A stretch of 64,000 nt of DNA from Schizochytrium sp. TIO01 (lineage: Eukaryota; Protista; Bigyra: Labyrinthulomycetes), in NCBI GenBank assembly GCA_004764695.1, contig SMSO01000007.1:1619270-1683269 (forward strand), given 5' to 3'. The notes under the pieces were generated by a model. The model ran no database searches. It was not told the origin of the DNA and worked only from the letters and a program-made list of their open reading frames with translations. Each line of letters begins with the position of its first letter. The stretch's first letter is position 1. Below, piece after piece: positions 1 to 11,246 of this stretch. The translations under genes and the position numbers were made by a program.

Positions 1-566
1 GGTAACTTGCGAAAGCGATTCCCCATCAGAAGAATAGTTTTAACATCATTCAACTGGACAGTTAATGTGCTTTCAAGTTCTCGAGGCACTTCTTCAAAAT
101 GCTTCCATTGAAGAGAAATCACTTTTGAAGATAAAGCTGCACGTAGCGCTGATTTCACAATCTCTGATTGATCTAAGTAGTCGCGCTGCTCTGGGTCCTT
201 TGCTGAAGGCAGTTTGTCCAGTAAGAATTTTTTCCGTAATGGATTTGGATTAGGCTGCATTTTCTCAATAATATTTTGTACTCGAAAAGGGCCATCTGTA
301 GCAACCCGGCGTTCATATCGTCTCTGTTCAAGACGCTTCCAATCTCTTCTTTGAACTCCATCTGCAGTTTGCACACGTCGTTCTTCAAGTGCATGGGCTT
401 GGGCACCCATGGCTTTCCTGGCTAGAGCATGAGACCCAAGGCGTCGATACGCTTCACCATAGGTTTCAAACTCGCCAATATTGGCTTCACCTCCTCCAGG
501 GAATAAGAAGTCATCTTGGTCATCCTGATTAGGTTTGCGGGCCTCGTAGCTGACCGTGGAGTCCAT
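1..566 (-). CDS. Leucine-rich-repeat protein, 5' part (runs off left window edge)
   Basis: Frame read by hand, absent from the ORF track because there is no stop in the window. ATG at 566 opens MDSTVSYEARKPNQDDQDDFLFPGG...KVISLQWKHFEEVPRELESTLTVQLNDVKTILLMGNRFRKL with no stop to position 1. The last segments fit the LRR consensus LxLxxNxLxxLP. Confidence 0.7.
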   Translation of the reverse strand, partial: MDSTVSYEARKPNQDDQDDFLFPGGGEANIGEFETYGEAYRRLGSHALARKAMGAQAHALEERRVQTADGVQRRDWKRLEQRRYERRVATDGPFRVQNIIEKMQPNPNPLRKKFLLDKLPSAKDPEQRDYLDQSEIVKSALRAALSSKVISLQWKHFEEVPRELESTLTVQLNDVKTILLMGNRFRKL

Positions 567-2337
567 CCCCACGTGCACGCTCCGTACCCGCTTGCACGTC
601 CTCGCTTTTAGTTCTATGCAATATTACTGTCTGATTTCAATGATCGCATGTGAGCAGCTTTAATGAAAAGGTACTCTGGGCTTTGCATGGGGATCCCTTT
701 AATTGCTGCCTTCTCTCCTTCAAAGATAGCTAGCTTACGAACTATGTGCTCATTTATAAAGACGGGTTCTAGGTTGTACTGTAGACTTTACCCCCTTAGT
801 GTCATTTTGAAAGGAAAGCTTAGACATATCCGTTGAACATATTTGCCTTGATCGTTTCATATAGTGTCATAGAGTCATATAGCCTCTTATAGTCTTAGCT
901 CAGTATGAGTATATTAAGGAGGATGGGGTGAATCTATTGATGGCTAGTTATGAGCACCCAGTGAAAGAGCGCACCAATTTTATGGGTTTATAGGTTGCGT
1001 AGCCCCATATTTTTACCTGCAAGTTATCGATGCAATAAAATAAGTGGTGAATGGAAAGGTGAAAACCTCTAGAAATATATGCTCCGGTGTTTTAACGTAG
1101 TCTTTGATGCCAAGTCATTCTTTGGGTAAGCTTAGAATCACTCCTACATAGTTTAAAGAGTGTCCAATAACACAGGAGTACTAAACAGGAGGAAGCGGGG
1201 CCTCAAATGTCGTTAAATAAAAAACAGAAGTGATATTTGAAGGCTGGTCGGTCGGTAAACGTCAAACTTCGTAGGCTGAGAAATCGGAGTAGATTAAATA
1301 TCTTACTACTTGTGCAATATAAGGAAAGCTGAGAATTAAATAAGTATGAGGATGAGTATACCCCCACTCAATACACATTGACGCGCACGCAGAAAACTGA
1401 CTTCTAAACTTACATCGATAGGATTAAATTTGAGACCTGGGCAGCGATATGAGACCAACAATTATTGCACCATTCTACATTCTGCATACTGATGATTTAT
1501 TCTCATTCTAAGCTAATCGTCACACCGCAAAGCCCAACATCGTTGTTGTTTTTCTTTCAAATATGGAGTCTCACTTCAACTCTACATACTCATTTTTTAT
1601 ATCTGCCTGAAGTCCTCTTCTCCTTCGCAGCTTCATTTAGAAGATATTCTTCTATCGATGGATGCTGCGGCTCTTGGAGTGGTGCTTCGCGCGTGGCATC
1701 ACATACATACTCTCAAAAATTGACCGACTTAAGTATGAAGTTCATCGTACCTCTGGCGGCTGAACAAAGAAACTAGTGATGCTCGGGCAAATACTACTAC
1801 CTGGTTTGTGCTATTTTCTCAAGACCAGCGAGATATTGGTTTGCCTTCGTACTTTCTAGATGGGTTTTCAGAAACAACTAGGTATGCGCGCATAAAAGTT
1901 TGCATTGTACATGCACTTGAATCATGTGCATATCGTTCGGCCACTGAAAACTTCTTTATTTTTTTTTTTTCCCCCTTTTGTTTTCATTCCAAGTCGAAGG
2001 AGTGTATAAAGAAAAAAGGAAGGTAATCATTGGAAACTTTAGCCATTTTAATTATTTCTTTAGCTGTCGATACTCAACTCGAAAGTGTAATTCCAACTTG
2101 GCTGTCTGATGCTTTTAACCGAAAGCTTTGAAGCTAGAATTATTCTGACTATTCTTCTGCTATTTTTGTCTTCCCTGTTCAAGTTAATCTCCCTCTATTT
2201 TATTTCGATAGACGAAGACTTAAAAATAAATTAATGAAGAAGAAAAGCAAAGGCTCGTAAAACGGGGTCAAGAACGACTGTAAATTGTAGGTAGGCACGA
2301 ATAGGGCAGCAGTCATTTAGCCAGTGAAGGATGCTTC

Positions 2338-3240
2338 TTGACGGCAGACCGGTGCTTAGATTTTCTTGAGACCAGGGCCAGCTTGCAGGCCTGGAGTTCT
2401 GGCATCATGCTTACCACTATTGTGCTGATGACCATATTTTGCTCCAAATGTGCAGCCATGCATATTGCGGAAAACCTCTCGAGGTTTCAGCCACCCAGAT
2501 GCCGTAGGCTTGCTTCATGTGCTGATGTATGGTTGTCATTTTCAGAACCAAGTACAAAGTGCGGTAGATTTACCGACCTCGCGCTCTTTTCGAGACGGGC
2601 CGGTCTCACATCGTTCGGGGAGCCTGTTTTGATCGTGACCTAGCGCGAGCTTACGAGTGGCGGGCTGGTACTTGATATTCTGTGTTCTGCAATCGCCGTG
2701 CTTTGTCTACCTGGCAAGCGCCGTTGACAACGCCGCGGAGGTGGTGGGTCTTACGCAGATGGTATGATGTGTTAAGTAATGGGAGGTGCTGGAAAGCCGG
2801 GCCAGCTCTGAGGATTACACAGGAGTGCGAAAGTGGAGTTTGCGAGACTTGAACTACACGCACAAAGGGAGATGGATATACCGTTCGTTGGAAGACAAGT
2901 GCCTCATAGCAGGCAGGCGAAAGGAAGGGAACGGGGCAAGGCTCTTGAAGAAGGGGATTACGAGGGTTGAGAGAGACTTTGTAATATCGAAATGGACGAG
3001 TGGAATGCATGACATACCTGGGGTGTCTATTCTTGGTCCTTATCAAGTCTTCGTCAGAGGAAGGGGCGAAGTTGACTAGAGACTGCGACCTTCGTCGAGA
3101 GTACGACGTGAAGCTTAAGATGACAATTTGGCAAATCGCTACATTGGGTTTTGACTGATACACCAATATTTAGAAAAGAGATTTTAAACAAAAAAAAACT
3201 TTAGAAATAAGTAAAAAGGAACTATCAACTTAAAATAAAA
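2338..3240 (+). mobile_element. Possible decayed 3' fragment of a non-LTR (LINE-like) retrotransposon
   Basis: Broken ORFs with CSKC...ENLSRF...C...VW, loosely like the zf-RVT CxxC-x-E-xx-H-C motif but lacking the His. A Trp-rich fragment and an A-rich tail (3170-3240) follow. No RT core motif is visible. Confidence 0.25.
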
Positions 3241-3441
3241 AGTACGGGCAGCTCTACCAAAAACAATACTGGCCTGACTTCCTCGTATCTAAAGAGCTTC
3301 TGCAGTAGAGAATTCTTCTCAACCATTTTTTTTTACAGCAGAACCAAATCTATCTTGAGAGGAGCGTCGTTTCGCGGAAGCTTTCGTCAAGCTGACTGTA
3401 TATAGAAGCGAGCTCGACAGGCCTACAGTAACACTACAGAA

Positions 3442-4548
3442 ATGCTCAGGAATACACAGAATGAAGCGGAGCGCATGTACAGGCTATGGAGTTACAGATC
3501 GCGATATACACTTTTAATGAGTGTAGCATGCTTATCAGTTTTTGCACTACACCATATTGGCAAGGAGTCTTTATCAAGCTGGTCATATACCTCAGAGAAC
3601 TTCATGCAAGATTATGGTAAACCAATGCGCATCTTGAATTCGGTTTGGGAAGCAGGCAGCAACTCAAGAAACGAAGATGAAACTTTCCATGCCCCCAGAA
3701 GAGCCCTTCGGAAAAGGAGAAAAGAGACTCGTTCATATGATATGCCAGATAGCGGATGTGGGTCAAATTTGTCTCAAGCAAACTGCGAGTCTTTCCGAAA
3801 TTGCCTTTGGCAATCCAATCGATGCAAATTTTCCTCCACTAACTCAACTCGAGTTCTCTTCATAGGTAACTCTCTCACGATCCGCAACGATCTTCCAGAT
3901 ATGTTTGCAAGTATGAGTTCAAATGCTGGGAATCCTGTAGTTGTTCGTATGGAGGCCTTAGCAGGTCGTACTTTTCAATATCACGCTAGCGCCACGGCTA
4001 CATCCACTGCCATGGAGGAGTTTGACGACTGGGATGCTATTGTTTTACAAGAGCAAAGCAGCTTCTTTTCTTACCCTACTTGGAAATACGTATCTACTAG
4101 CATTCCTTATGCCAGAACTCTTTATGAAATGGCACGCGAGCGCTCTACACGCGTAATCCTCTTTCAAACTTGGGCATATCGTGGTGGTAACCCAAGTTAT
4201 TTAACTGGACTCAATGACGACTTTTTTAGTATGCAAGATCGAATAAGTAGTGGCTACAATTATGCAAGTGATGCCCTTCAAGAGCTACGCCGCGATACAA
4301 CAGACGCTGCAATTGTAGTTGCTCCTGTGGGTGAAAGCTTTCGCAGCGTTTTCGCAGGATATCAAACGAAGCTTTATGAGCTTGACTGGAAGCATCCTCA
4401 GCCTCTTGGAACATATCTTGCAGCGAGTGTTTTTTACGCAACTATCTTTCAACAATCACCAGTAAAAATTAACTACCGGCCCAAAGGTATTAGCAAGTCT
4501 GACTCCAAAGCTATGCGTGCCGCTGCTGCAGACATCGCGCTTGGATAA
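3442..4548 (+). CDS. SGNH/GDSL-type hydrolase (esterase) with N-terminal membrane anchor and small 4-Cys module
   Basis: Block I VLFIGNSLT, WDAIVLQEQS, FQTWAY and the catalytic DxxH (DWKHP). Hydrophobic segment LLMSVACLSVFALHHI; Cys module CGSNLSQANCESFRNCLWQSNRC. Confidence 0.85.
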   Translation: MLRNTQNEAERMYRLWSYRSRYTLLMSVACLSVFALHHIGKESLSSWSYTSENFMQDYGKPMRILNSVWEAGSNSRNEDETFHAPRRALRKRRKETRSYDMPDSGCGSNLSQANCESFRNCLWQSNRCKFSSTNSTRVLFIGNSLTIRNDLPDMFASMSSNAGNPVVVRMEALAGRTFQYHASATATSTAMEEFDDWDAIVLQEQSSFFSYPTWKYVSTSIPYARTLYEMARERSTRVILFQTWAYRGGNPSYLTGLNDDFFSMQDRISSGYNYASDALQELRRDTTDAAIVVAPVGESFRSVFAGYQTKLYELDWKHPQPLGTYLAASVFYATIFQQSPVKINYRPKGISKSDSKAMRAAAADIALG

Positions 4549-5199
4549 AAGCTCAAACTATTCCACCTTTTGTATTATTTTGTACAGCATCTTTCTTAAC
4601 AAAATCGATTCTGTTTGTAGAAACAAAAGACATGAACTGCTGGCGCTATCAAAGATGTTATAACTGTCCCCTTTGACTAGGTAGTTTGAATCTCTTGTAC
4701 TGCAAAAGCTGATATAATAGTTTTGGACACATGACTGAATATAATGCATATGCGAGGTACTCTCTGCCAAGAGTAATAGAACTAAAAGTACTGGAACTGA
4801 ATTGTATAGACATATGAACAATTGTGTTCTTAAATTTCTGAATAATATCTGGTGTACGTCTTACTACACAATACTCGGGTGGGGCAACCCCACAATCTGA
4901 AGTGCGCGTTTTTGTTTCAAATACAAGTAAATGTATAGACCAGTTGGATAGTTGAGTTAGACTACATTCACGGTAAATGAACAAAATTGAATATTGAAAC
5001 GAGAAATCAACAATCATTCCTTTGAGTGATACTGTAGCGGTGCATTGGGATGAGAATAGCCTTCGCTTATGTCAATCTTAATTTTAAGTGAGTGCCGAAT
5101 TTTGAGCGCAATGAGAACAGAACGCCTAAATAGAGCTATTCCGTAATTCGAATGGAGTATACATGATTTCTCGTAGTGAGGGTACTCGTAAGTAGAATA

Positions 5200-5335
5200 C
5201 ATAAAGTTTAAGAAGAACATAAGGTTTGAGAAGAACAGTAGCGATGAGGTTAAGTGAGGGGAAAAGATGAAGCTGGAAAGCATAAGTTTAAGAAGAACAG
5301 TATTTAAGTGAAGCATAAGTTTTAGGATAAGTTAA
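5200..5335 (+). repeat. Degenerate short direct repeats (CATAAGTTTAAGAAGAACA-like, 3-4 copies)
   Basis: cataaagtttaagaagaaca / cataaggtttgagaagaaca / cataagtttaagaagaaca / cataagttttagga, visible by eye. Confidence 0.6.
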
Positions 5336-5458
5336 GGTTCTATGTAACAGTCAATAATATGATGAAGTATATTAAAGTTACAGAGTAGACCACCCTGTGT
5401 TCTTTTGACAATTACAGTAAAGTCTAATTCTACTAGCTACTAGTTTAAAGTGAATTTT

Positions 5459-5741
5459 AAAAGGTGGGTTACTGTAAGACGCCCGCCCCCTTCATATATT
5501 GTTAGATAATTGGTCCGTATAGGTTTTTCTCCCTCAAAGACCAGCAGTGCAGCGCTAAGTATGTGCACTTCAGACAGTCTGCATTGTCGAGACAACTTAA
5601 GGAGATTCCAAAGTAAAAAGTCATTATTAAGGAACAATTTGCTCGTGCGTTTCGGCTCTCCACAAACAGCCCCTAAGCCAACAATTATAGTCACAGTAAT
5701 ATCAAGTCCTTCGATAAAGCCTCTCGGGATGGCGATTTACA
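5459..5741 (+). mobile_element. Possible polypurine tract plus 3' LTR relic
   Basis: AAAAGGTGGG purine run, then TGTAAGACGCCC (5473) ... GGCGATTTACA (5741): TG..CA ends with an imperfect terminal inverted repeat. No partner LTR, TSD or pol sequence seen. Confidence 0.25.
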
Positions 5742-6677
5742 ACATCCTATCATTTCGTATAAGATCAATCAACTTTCTGCTGCTTTTTTAATATCAGTTG
5801 AAGAGGTGAAATGAATGACAGGACTCTATATTTCAGTTACCAGGGCTATATTGTTTTAAACGGCTAAATAAGAATTCTATAGTAAGTATATTTACCGGTG
5901 TAGTCTCATATATATATTTAATCAAAAAATTAAAATTTAAATTTTAAAAACGTTTTTGATTTTTAAAATGTTTTATAGGCAAAAGTGAGTAACGCAAACA
6001 TCACATTATTGAGGCAGGGTTTGCATCAATCATCAATTAGGGGCTCTAGCAACCATACGCCAACTGCTCTTATGATTCGCAGGCGCATCAACCATTGACG
6101 CACTCTCCCGTGTAACTACTGACCATAAAAGATCCGTTGACAAAGCATGTGCAATGAGGGAAATTGAACTAGGCTGGACCTTTTTCTTTCAAATATTTCG
6201 TAATTGAAGTGGTTGTAGCATATGAGGGGAAAAGAGGTGTATACCTATTACCGATGAAAGTCTTCCATTCGTATACCTCTGTGGTTCTACTTCTGAATAG
6301 ATTATTATTCATTACGTTTATGTATAAGTGGTTACCTTTTCGGATAATATAGAGGGCTGAAAATAAAGGTAACCTGAAATAGAAACGAACACTATCATAG
6401 CACTTACCTCCATCTGACAAGCACTTAATGAACAGCGCATAGTATTTGAATACCTGACTAATATTAACCTTACTCTATTCGTACTTGGTCTTGTGCAAAA
6501 CTAGAGTACATTTTGCCTTCAAGACCTACAGAGTAAGCAAGCCATACTCAACTTGAGGTGGGTTCTAGTAGAAAACAAAGTACAATATACTATCGAGACG
6601 AGAGGAATCGCAGCATCTTCGAAGTAGACTATTTCTTAAATGGACGAAGGCGAGAGCACCTAACCAACGAAGTTGCA

Positions 6678-9600
6678 ATGGCGGACACTTTACGGCGCTC
6701 TATGCGCCAGCGTCAGGCAAGCTGGAGTCTAACAATGGAAGATGGCATGTTTTCAAGGAGAACCAGCCGTGCTCTATTTGGACACCAGCAACAGCAGGGA
6801 GCACTTGGACAAATTGAAGTAAAAAACCCAGAGATCATGGCAAAGTTCTACGAACTTGATATGTGTCGTATCGAACTTCGCCAACTTGCTATTCGTATCC
6901 AAAAGAATGGAGGAGTTGATTTTGCAGATCATCGCAAAAATGGCCAAACCTACCGTCGTACTTTCGCAACCTTAGAGTTTGTTCGATGGCTCGTCGACAC
7001 ATTTGGCTTAAGTCGCGATTTAGCTTGCCTCATTTGCAAGGAGATGTGGAAACAAGGCATTATTTGGGACGCAGAAGATCCATATGCTGCTTTCTCAGTC
7101 AGCGAGGGCGCATTCTATCAGGTTGCTCACCCGTACGCAATTAATTTGCTTCTTCTTCCTTCAGAGATGGAGCAACTTTATGAAGAGGCAAGAGATCGGG
7201 CTGGACCTAAACGAGTTGACAAGTATTTAGGAGGCAGACAGATCCATTCCTGCTTTCCAAGTTCTGAATTAGTAGAGTGGATCATGTCAGTGTATTCAAT
7301 CAAACCACGAGAGCGAGCGTTGCAAGTTGTACAGCAAATGGCAAATGAGGGTTACTTTTTCAATGTAAACGGTTCAGATCATATCGTTGACTCTTCGAGC
7401 CAATATCTTCAACATAAACATGACTATATTGGCAACCTCATTCTCAGTAAACGCCGAATGGCGTCTATGGGGAACGATATTGCGAATCTCTATGAGCTAT
7501 GCGTAGATCTCGAATGCGCAGGACGGAGACCTCCAGTGACTGTGAGTCTTGCAGCTTCATTAATTGAGAACCTTATTCAAGACTGTAGCTTTGTGAAAGC
7601 GAAGCATGTACTTCTTATGATGAAGCGAGCAAAGTTTGTGCAAGTTCAGTCATCCCAAGTCTCGAAACAGCGCACAATTAACTCTCCGAGATGGCATCCA
7701 AGCACATTATGGAAAAATCTCAAAGGGCTTTCGTCGATGAATCAGGAGCAAACATTACTGCGAGAACTTGGAAACGATGGTGACCCTGTCAATATCATGA
7801 TAGATGGAGCGTTTGTGAATTTAAAGACGCGACGTTTTAAAAGGAGTAATTCTGGAGCGGCTGTACATCCCGAAGCGGAGGATGGAGGTACAACAGAAGA
7901 TGAGTTAGAAGGCCAGAACACTATCGCTGACGTACCGAAAATGCGACTTTCACGTGATCGAGGTGAGACCAAAATTCAGAACCTTGCCGTTACACTCATG
8001 TCGCATCTTGGCGGTAGAAATAGTGGAAAGCTGAACTCATCACAGATCCATCAGAGCGCCAGAAGTCAAATTTATAGAGCTATTCTGCACATCATCTTTT
8101 GTTTCACATTGTGGACTCTAGTTTTTTCTTCAACTCAAACTGAACTTAGTTTGAATGAGGGTTTAAAAGAAACGATTAAGACGTCGAACAACTTCAATAT
8201 GATTAGTTCGGCTAAGGAGTTTCTGGTTTGGACCCAAACCGAGATTGAGAATGGGTTTTCATGGCGAGGCACTCAATATACCTTATTAGAACCCCCGCAT
8301 ATACTGTTTGGGATTGCAGACAAGCTGTCGGAATGTAGCTCGATCCAGAAACTCGTAACGTCTGCTGCACAAAAGGCAACGCTACATACACCTACCTACG
8401 ATCCTTATATTCCAATTGACAATGAATCTGTACCGACCGAGTGCTACCTGAATCGTGACAGTCATGCAGATGGAGCTGAGAACTCGTATGATTATGCGTC
8501 TCTGGTCGAGCTTAGCTGCGTTGACAATATAACAACATGCCCAGAACAATTTCAATATATTCAGAATAAATATCTCTCAGCTGAAAACGAGGTGTTAGTA
8601 GAGCGCATGGCGCTGGAGGTAACCTTACTAGGGTTTAAGGCTAATCCCCCGGTCATCGTTCGAGTTACTGCACATGCTAAGTTCTCTGCAATAGTAAACA
8701 CTGTCTTGGTACGCTTTATACATGTACCTGACCAGTTAAGCTTGTCGCCACTTGAACATTTTCTAATTTTCATGTTGGTGATGGTTTCCTTAGATTTTAT
8801 TCTGCTTGCATGCTTGGGTGGAAGCTCATTTCTTTTCGATGTATCTAAGCTTTTCCATGTGGCTCGTATCATATTGCCTATTATCGGCCTTCACATTCAC
8901 AAAACTTTCGAGATTGAACTATTTGATTATCTTTCTACAATTTCGTGGGATAACTCTAGGGAGTATCAAGGAGCAAAACGCGAGGGGTTTGAGCGTCTTC
9001 ATCATCTAGACCTTTCCTCACGGGTTTGTTTCGTGGGCGCCATGTTTCTTGTATCTATGAGTTTGGCGTCGTATATTGGAGGTCCAAAGTACAACATCTT
9101 TGATGTCTTACAAAAAACGTTAAAATCCGTCCATGAAGATGTGAAAGTTCTAGCCATAACTTTCGTAATAACTTTTGTCGGCTTTGTATCAACCTTATAT
9201 GCAATCATGAACTCTTTATCGTCACTCTTTGCTACTCCAAGCTCAACAGGTATGACATTGTATGGTTCATTATTTGGTGGAGCTCCATGGTCTACATTTA
9301 TGGAACTCCGAAGTACCAGTCGCATACTCAGTACTCTTGGGTTTGTTTCGATGGCCATGTACCTCTTTCTCTTTATCATTATGATTCTTAACATGTTTGT
9401 AGCAATCATCATTCAAAGCTACCAAGCACAGAAGCACGACGAAGCAGTTCTTCGAGCAGAATTTATTCGACATCTACATGCGTCTGAGGGAACGAGTGAT
9501 ATTTCAACACTCAAAAATTACCTTGGAGAGCGCCTTTATGAGATTGTCGATAATTCCAATGATGAGCGAAAGAATTTGCGATCAATACTAGCAAAATCGA

Positions 9601-9875
9601 TCTCAAACCTCGCTGACCACTTGAGGAGTTCCGCAAAGGTTCACCATGCAAATGACTCAATTATAAGTCAGTCAACTTCGGAAGCAATGATCCACGATCC
9701 TCCTTCGGAGATCAAGCAGTCTTCGGCTGCGCGCCCAGCGACCTTTGTACGACCCCCAGTAGCTAGACAAGACAGTAAAATTCTGAAGAAACCTGCAATT
9801 CTCACATCACAGCCATCGAGTACACAAACTGGTCTTCCCCAGAACTTACCCAAGAAACTTCAGCATATGCTGTAA
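6678..9875 (+). CDS. Polycystin-2/TRPP-like cation channel with N-terminal tandem DEP domains
   Basis: Two DEP-like repeats (YRRTFATLEFVRWLVDTFGLSRDLACLICKEMWKQGII; IHSCFPSSELVEWIMSVYSIKPRERALQVVQQMANEGYF) and a possible degenerate third. Then S1 (YRAILHIIFCFTLWTLVF), a ~200-aa extracellular loop, further TM helices, pore helix (TGMTLYGSLFG) and the PKD2-type S6 motif ILNMFVAIIIQSY. First ATG at 6678; the ORF is open from a GTG at 6558. Confidence 0.8.
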   Translation: MADTLRRSMRQRQASWSLTMEDGMFSRRTSRALFGHQQQQGALGQIEVKNPEIMAKFYELDMCRIELRQLAIRIQKNGGVDFADHRKNGQTYRRTFATLEFVRWLVDTFGLSRDLACLICKEMWKQGIIWDAEDPYAAFSVSEGAFYQVAHPYAINLLLLPSEMEQLYEEARDRAGPKRVDKYLGGRQIHSCFPSSELVEWIMSVYSIKPRERALQVVQQMANEGYFFNVNGSDHIVDSSSQYLQHKHDYIGNLILSKRRMASMGNDIANLYELCVDLECAGRRPPVTVSLAASLIENLIQDCSFVKAKHVLLMMKRAKFVQVQSSQVSKQRTINSPRWHPSTLWKNLKGLSSMNQEQTLLRELGNDGDPVNIMIDGAFVNLKTRRFKRSNSGAAVHPEAEDGGTTEDELEGQNTIADVPKMRLSRDRGETKIQNLAVTLMSHLGGRNSGKLNSSQIHQSARSQIYRAILHIIFCFTLWTLVFSSTQTELSLNEGLKETIKTSNNFNMISSAKEFLVWTQTEIENGFSWRGTQYTLLEPPHILFGIADKLSECSSIQKLVTSAAQKATLHTPTYDPYIPIDNESVPTECYLNRDSHADGAENSYDYASLVELSCVDNITTCPEQFQYIQNKYLSAENEVLVERMALEVTLLGFKANPPVIVRVTAHAKFSAIVNTVLVRFIHVPDQLSLSPLEHFLIFMLVMVSLDFILLACLGGSSFLFDVSKLFHVARIILPIIGLHIHKTFEIELFDYLSTISWDNSREYQGAKREGFERLHHLDLSSRVCFVGAMFLVSMSLASYIGGPKYNIFDVLQKTLKSVHEDVKVLAITFVITFVGFVSTLYAIMNSLSSLFATPSSTGMTLYGSLFGGAPWSTFMELRSTSRILSTLGFVSMAMYLFLFIIMILNMFVAIIIQSYQAQKHDEAVLRAEFIRHLHASEGTSDISTLKNYLGERLYEIVDNSNDERKNLRSILAKSISNLADHLRSSAKVHHANDSIISQSTSEAMIHDPPSEIKQSSAARPATFVRPPVARQDSKILKKPAILTSQPSSTQTGLPQNLPKKLQHML

Positions 9876-9982
9876 ACCTTAAATTTAGAAACAAGCTGGA
9901 CACCAAAACTTCGTTTCTATTTATAAAAAACCTAATGAATCCTAACTTTAAAATGATTCTCTTGTAAAATTCATTCTGAAAG

Positions 9983-11246
9983 CTATGGTGACTTTTGGTG
10001 GGGACGTTGGATCGATAGCCTCGCTTCTCTGGTTCCTTCTGAATTAAGCTCTATCAGGAAGAGGTCTTGACCATCGATGTTTCCATTAGTCTTCAGATGT
10101 CGCAGCGCGAATGCTTTCCTGCCATGGCTATGGTAAGCTCTTGGACTAAGATTAAATTGATTTAGAGAAGGAATCCACGGGGTGGAGTATCGAGCGAAGT
10201 TCCATCGTGACTCATTTGTTGCGCTCACTGATGCGCCAAAAACCACTTCATTTTTGCCGAGTCTCTGTGCATAGGCTCGGCATGCGTTCTGCATGAGCGC
10301 AAGCACAAGGCCCAGTGCAGAGACGATTGTAGCTCTTTGCTCACTCAGCACTGGGTGACTAATTGAATTTTCATCATTCTGTAAGGTGCTTTGACCTGTT
10401 TTTTTCATTTTATTAAATGTTGAACAGCGCCGAAGTACAAATTCTACCGTGTGAGTTATCTCAATCTTATCTAGCCTCCATGTAACGACCTAGCTTTTAA
10501 ATCTTCTCCAAAAAGCGTAACAATGATATAAAAGATGTTTTTCTCGGACTAATGGGGCCTATTAAACTTTACAACAAGAAATAGGAATTAAGAAGCAAGA
10601 AACTTACAGAGCAAATGAAGGTCATCAATAACAAGTGTGTGCACAGTTGCGTCGGAGACGTGCATGTTACCCAAATAAGTAATGAGATCTTCATGCGATT
10701 CAACATATTTGAAGACTACGCGCTTCATGAAATGCTCTACCTGGCTCTCGGGAAGAGAATCATTCACACGGATAGGGGGGTGACTGAGAAGCTTCTCCTT
10801 CTGACAAATAATCACAGCAACACCATCTTGAATTCGTCTTACTCGTTTCAGTGCCATCTAGCAGTTAAACGAAACACCATTGGTTATAATTACGAGTTAG
10901 TATATTCCCACATATATGACCTCTTGATCTAACTTACGTTGAACAGCAAGGATGTGCGACAGGATCCTTGCGCTCCTTGCAAGAGAAAACCTGACACATG
11001 TGAATCCCCTAAATTGTGATTTGTGTCATTTCGTCCATATGCAGAAGCTCGGCTATTTTCAAGATCCGAAACTTTTCGTGATAAACCTTCAAGGTCATAG
11101 ACCTTATCGCTCGACTCGTCCTTAGAAGAAAAGCTCAGACCAGACAAGCTCCGGGTCGAGCTCCGCTTTTGCAAAACTTGGTTATCCTCTAAAGGAAGAA
11201 AGAGCTCCTCCGCCAAAAGCTCTCCAGAGAACCTCTCGGCTGTCAT
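9983..11246 (-). CDS. SWSAP1-like RecA/RAD51-paralog ATPase (3 exons: 11246-10938, 10857-10608, ~10395-9983)
   Basis: Three short ORFs joined by GTAAGT...AG introns: 10937-10858 (phase 0) and 10607-10396 (phase 1; alternative acceptor gives exon start 10470). Variant Walker A LLQGAQGSCRTSLLF, VFKYVESHEDLITYL, Walker B TLVIDDLH and ALGLVLALMQNA match the SWSAP1 pattern. Confidence 0.65.

Noticed and set aside
173-406. 77-aa minus-strand ORF from the track
   Set aside because: Wrong frame; the overlapping stop-free frame from ATG 566 is the more plausible (LRR) gene.
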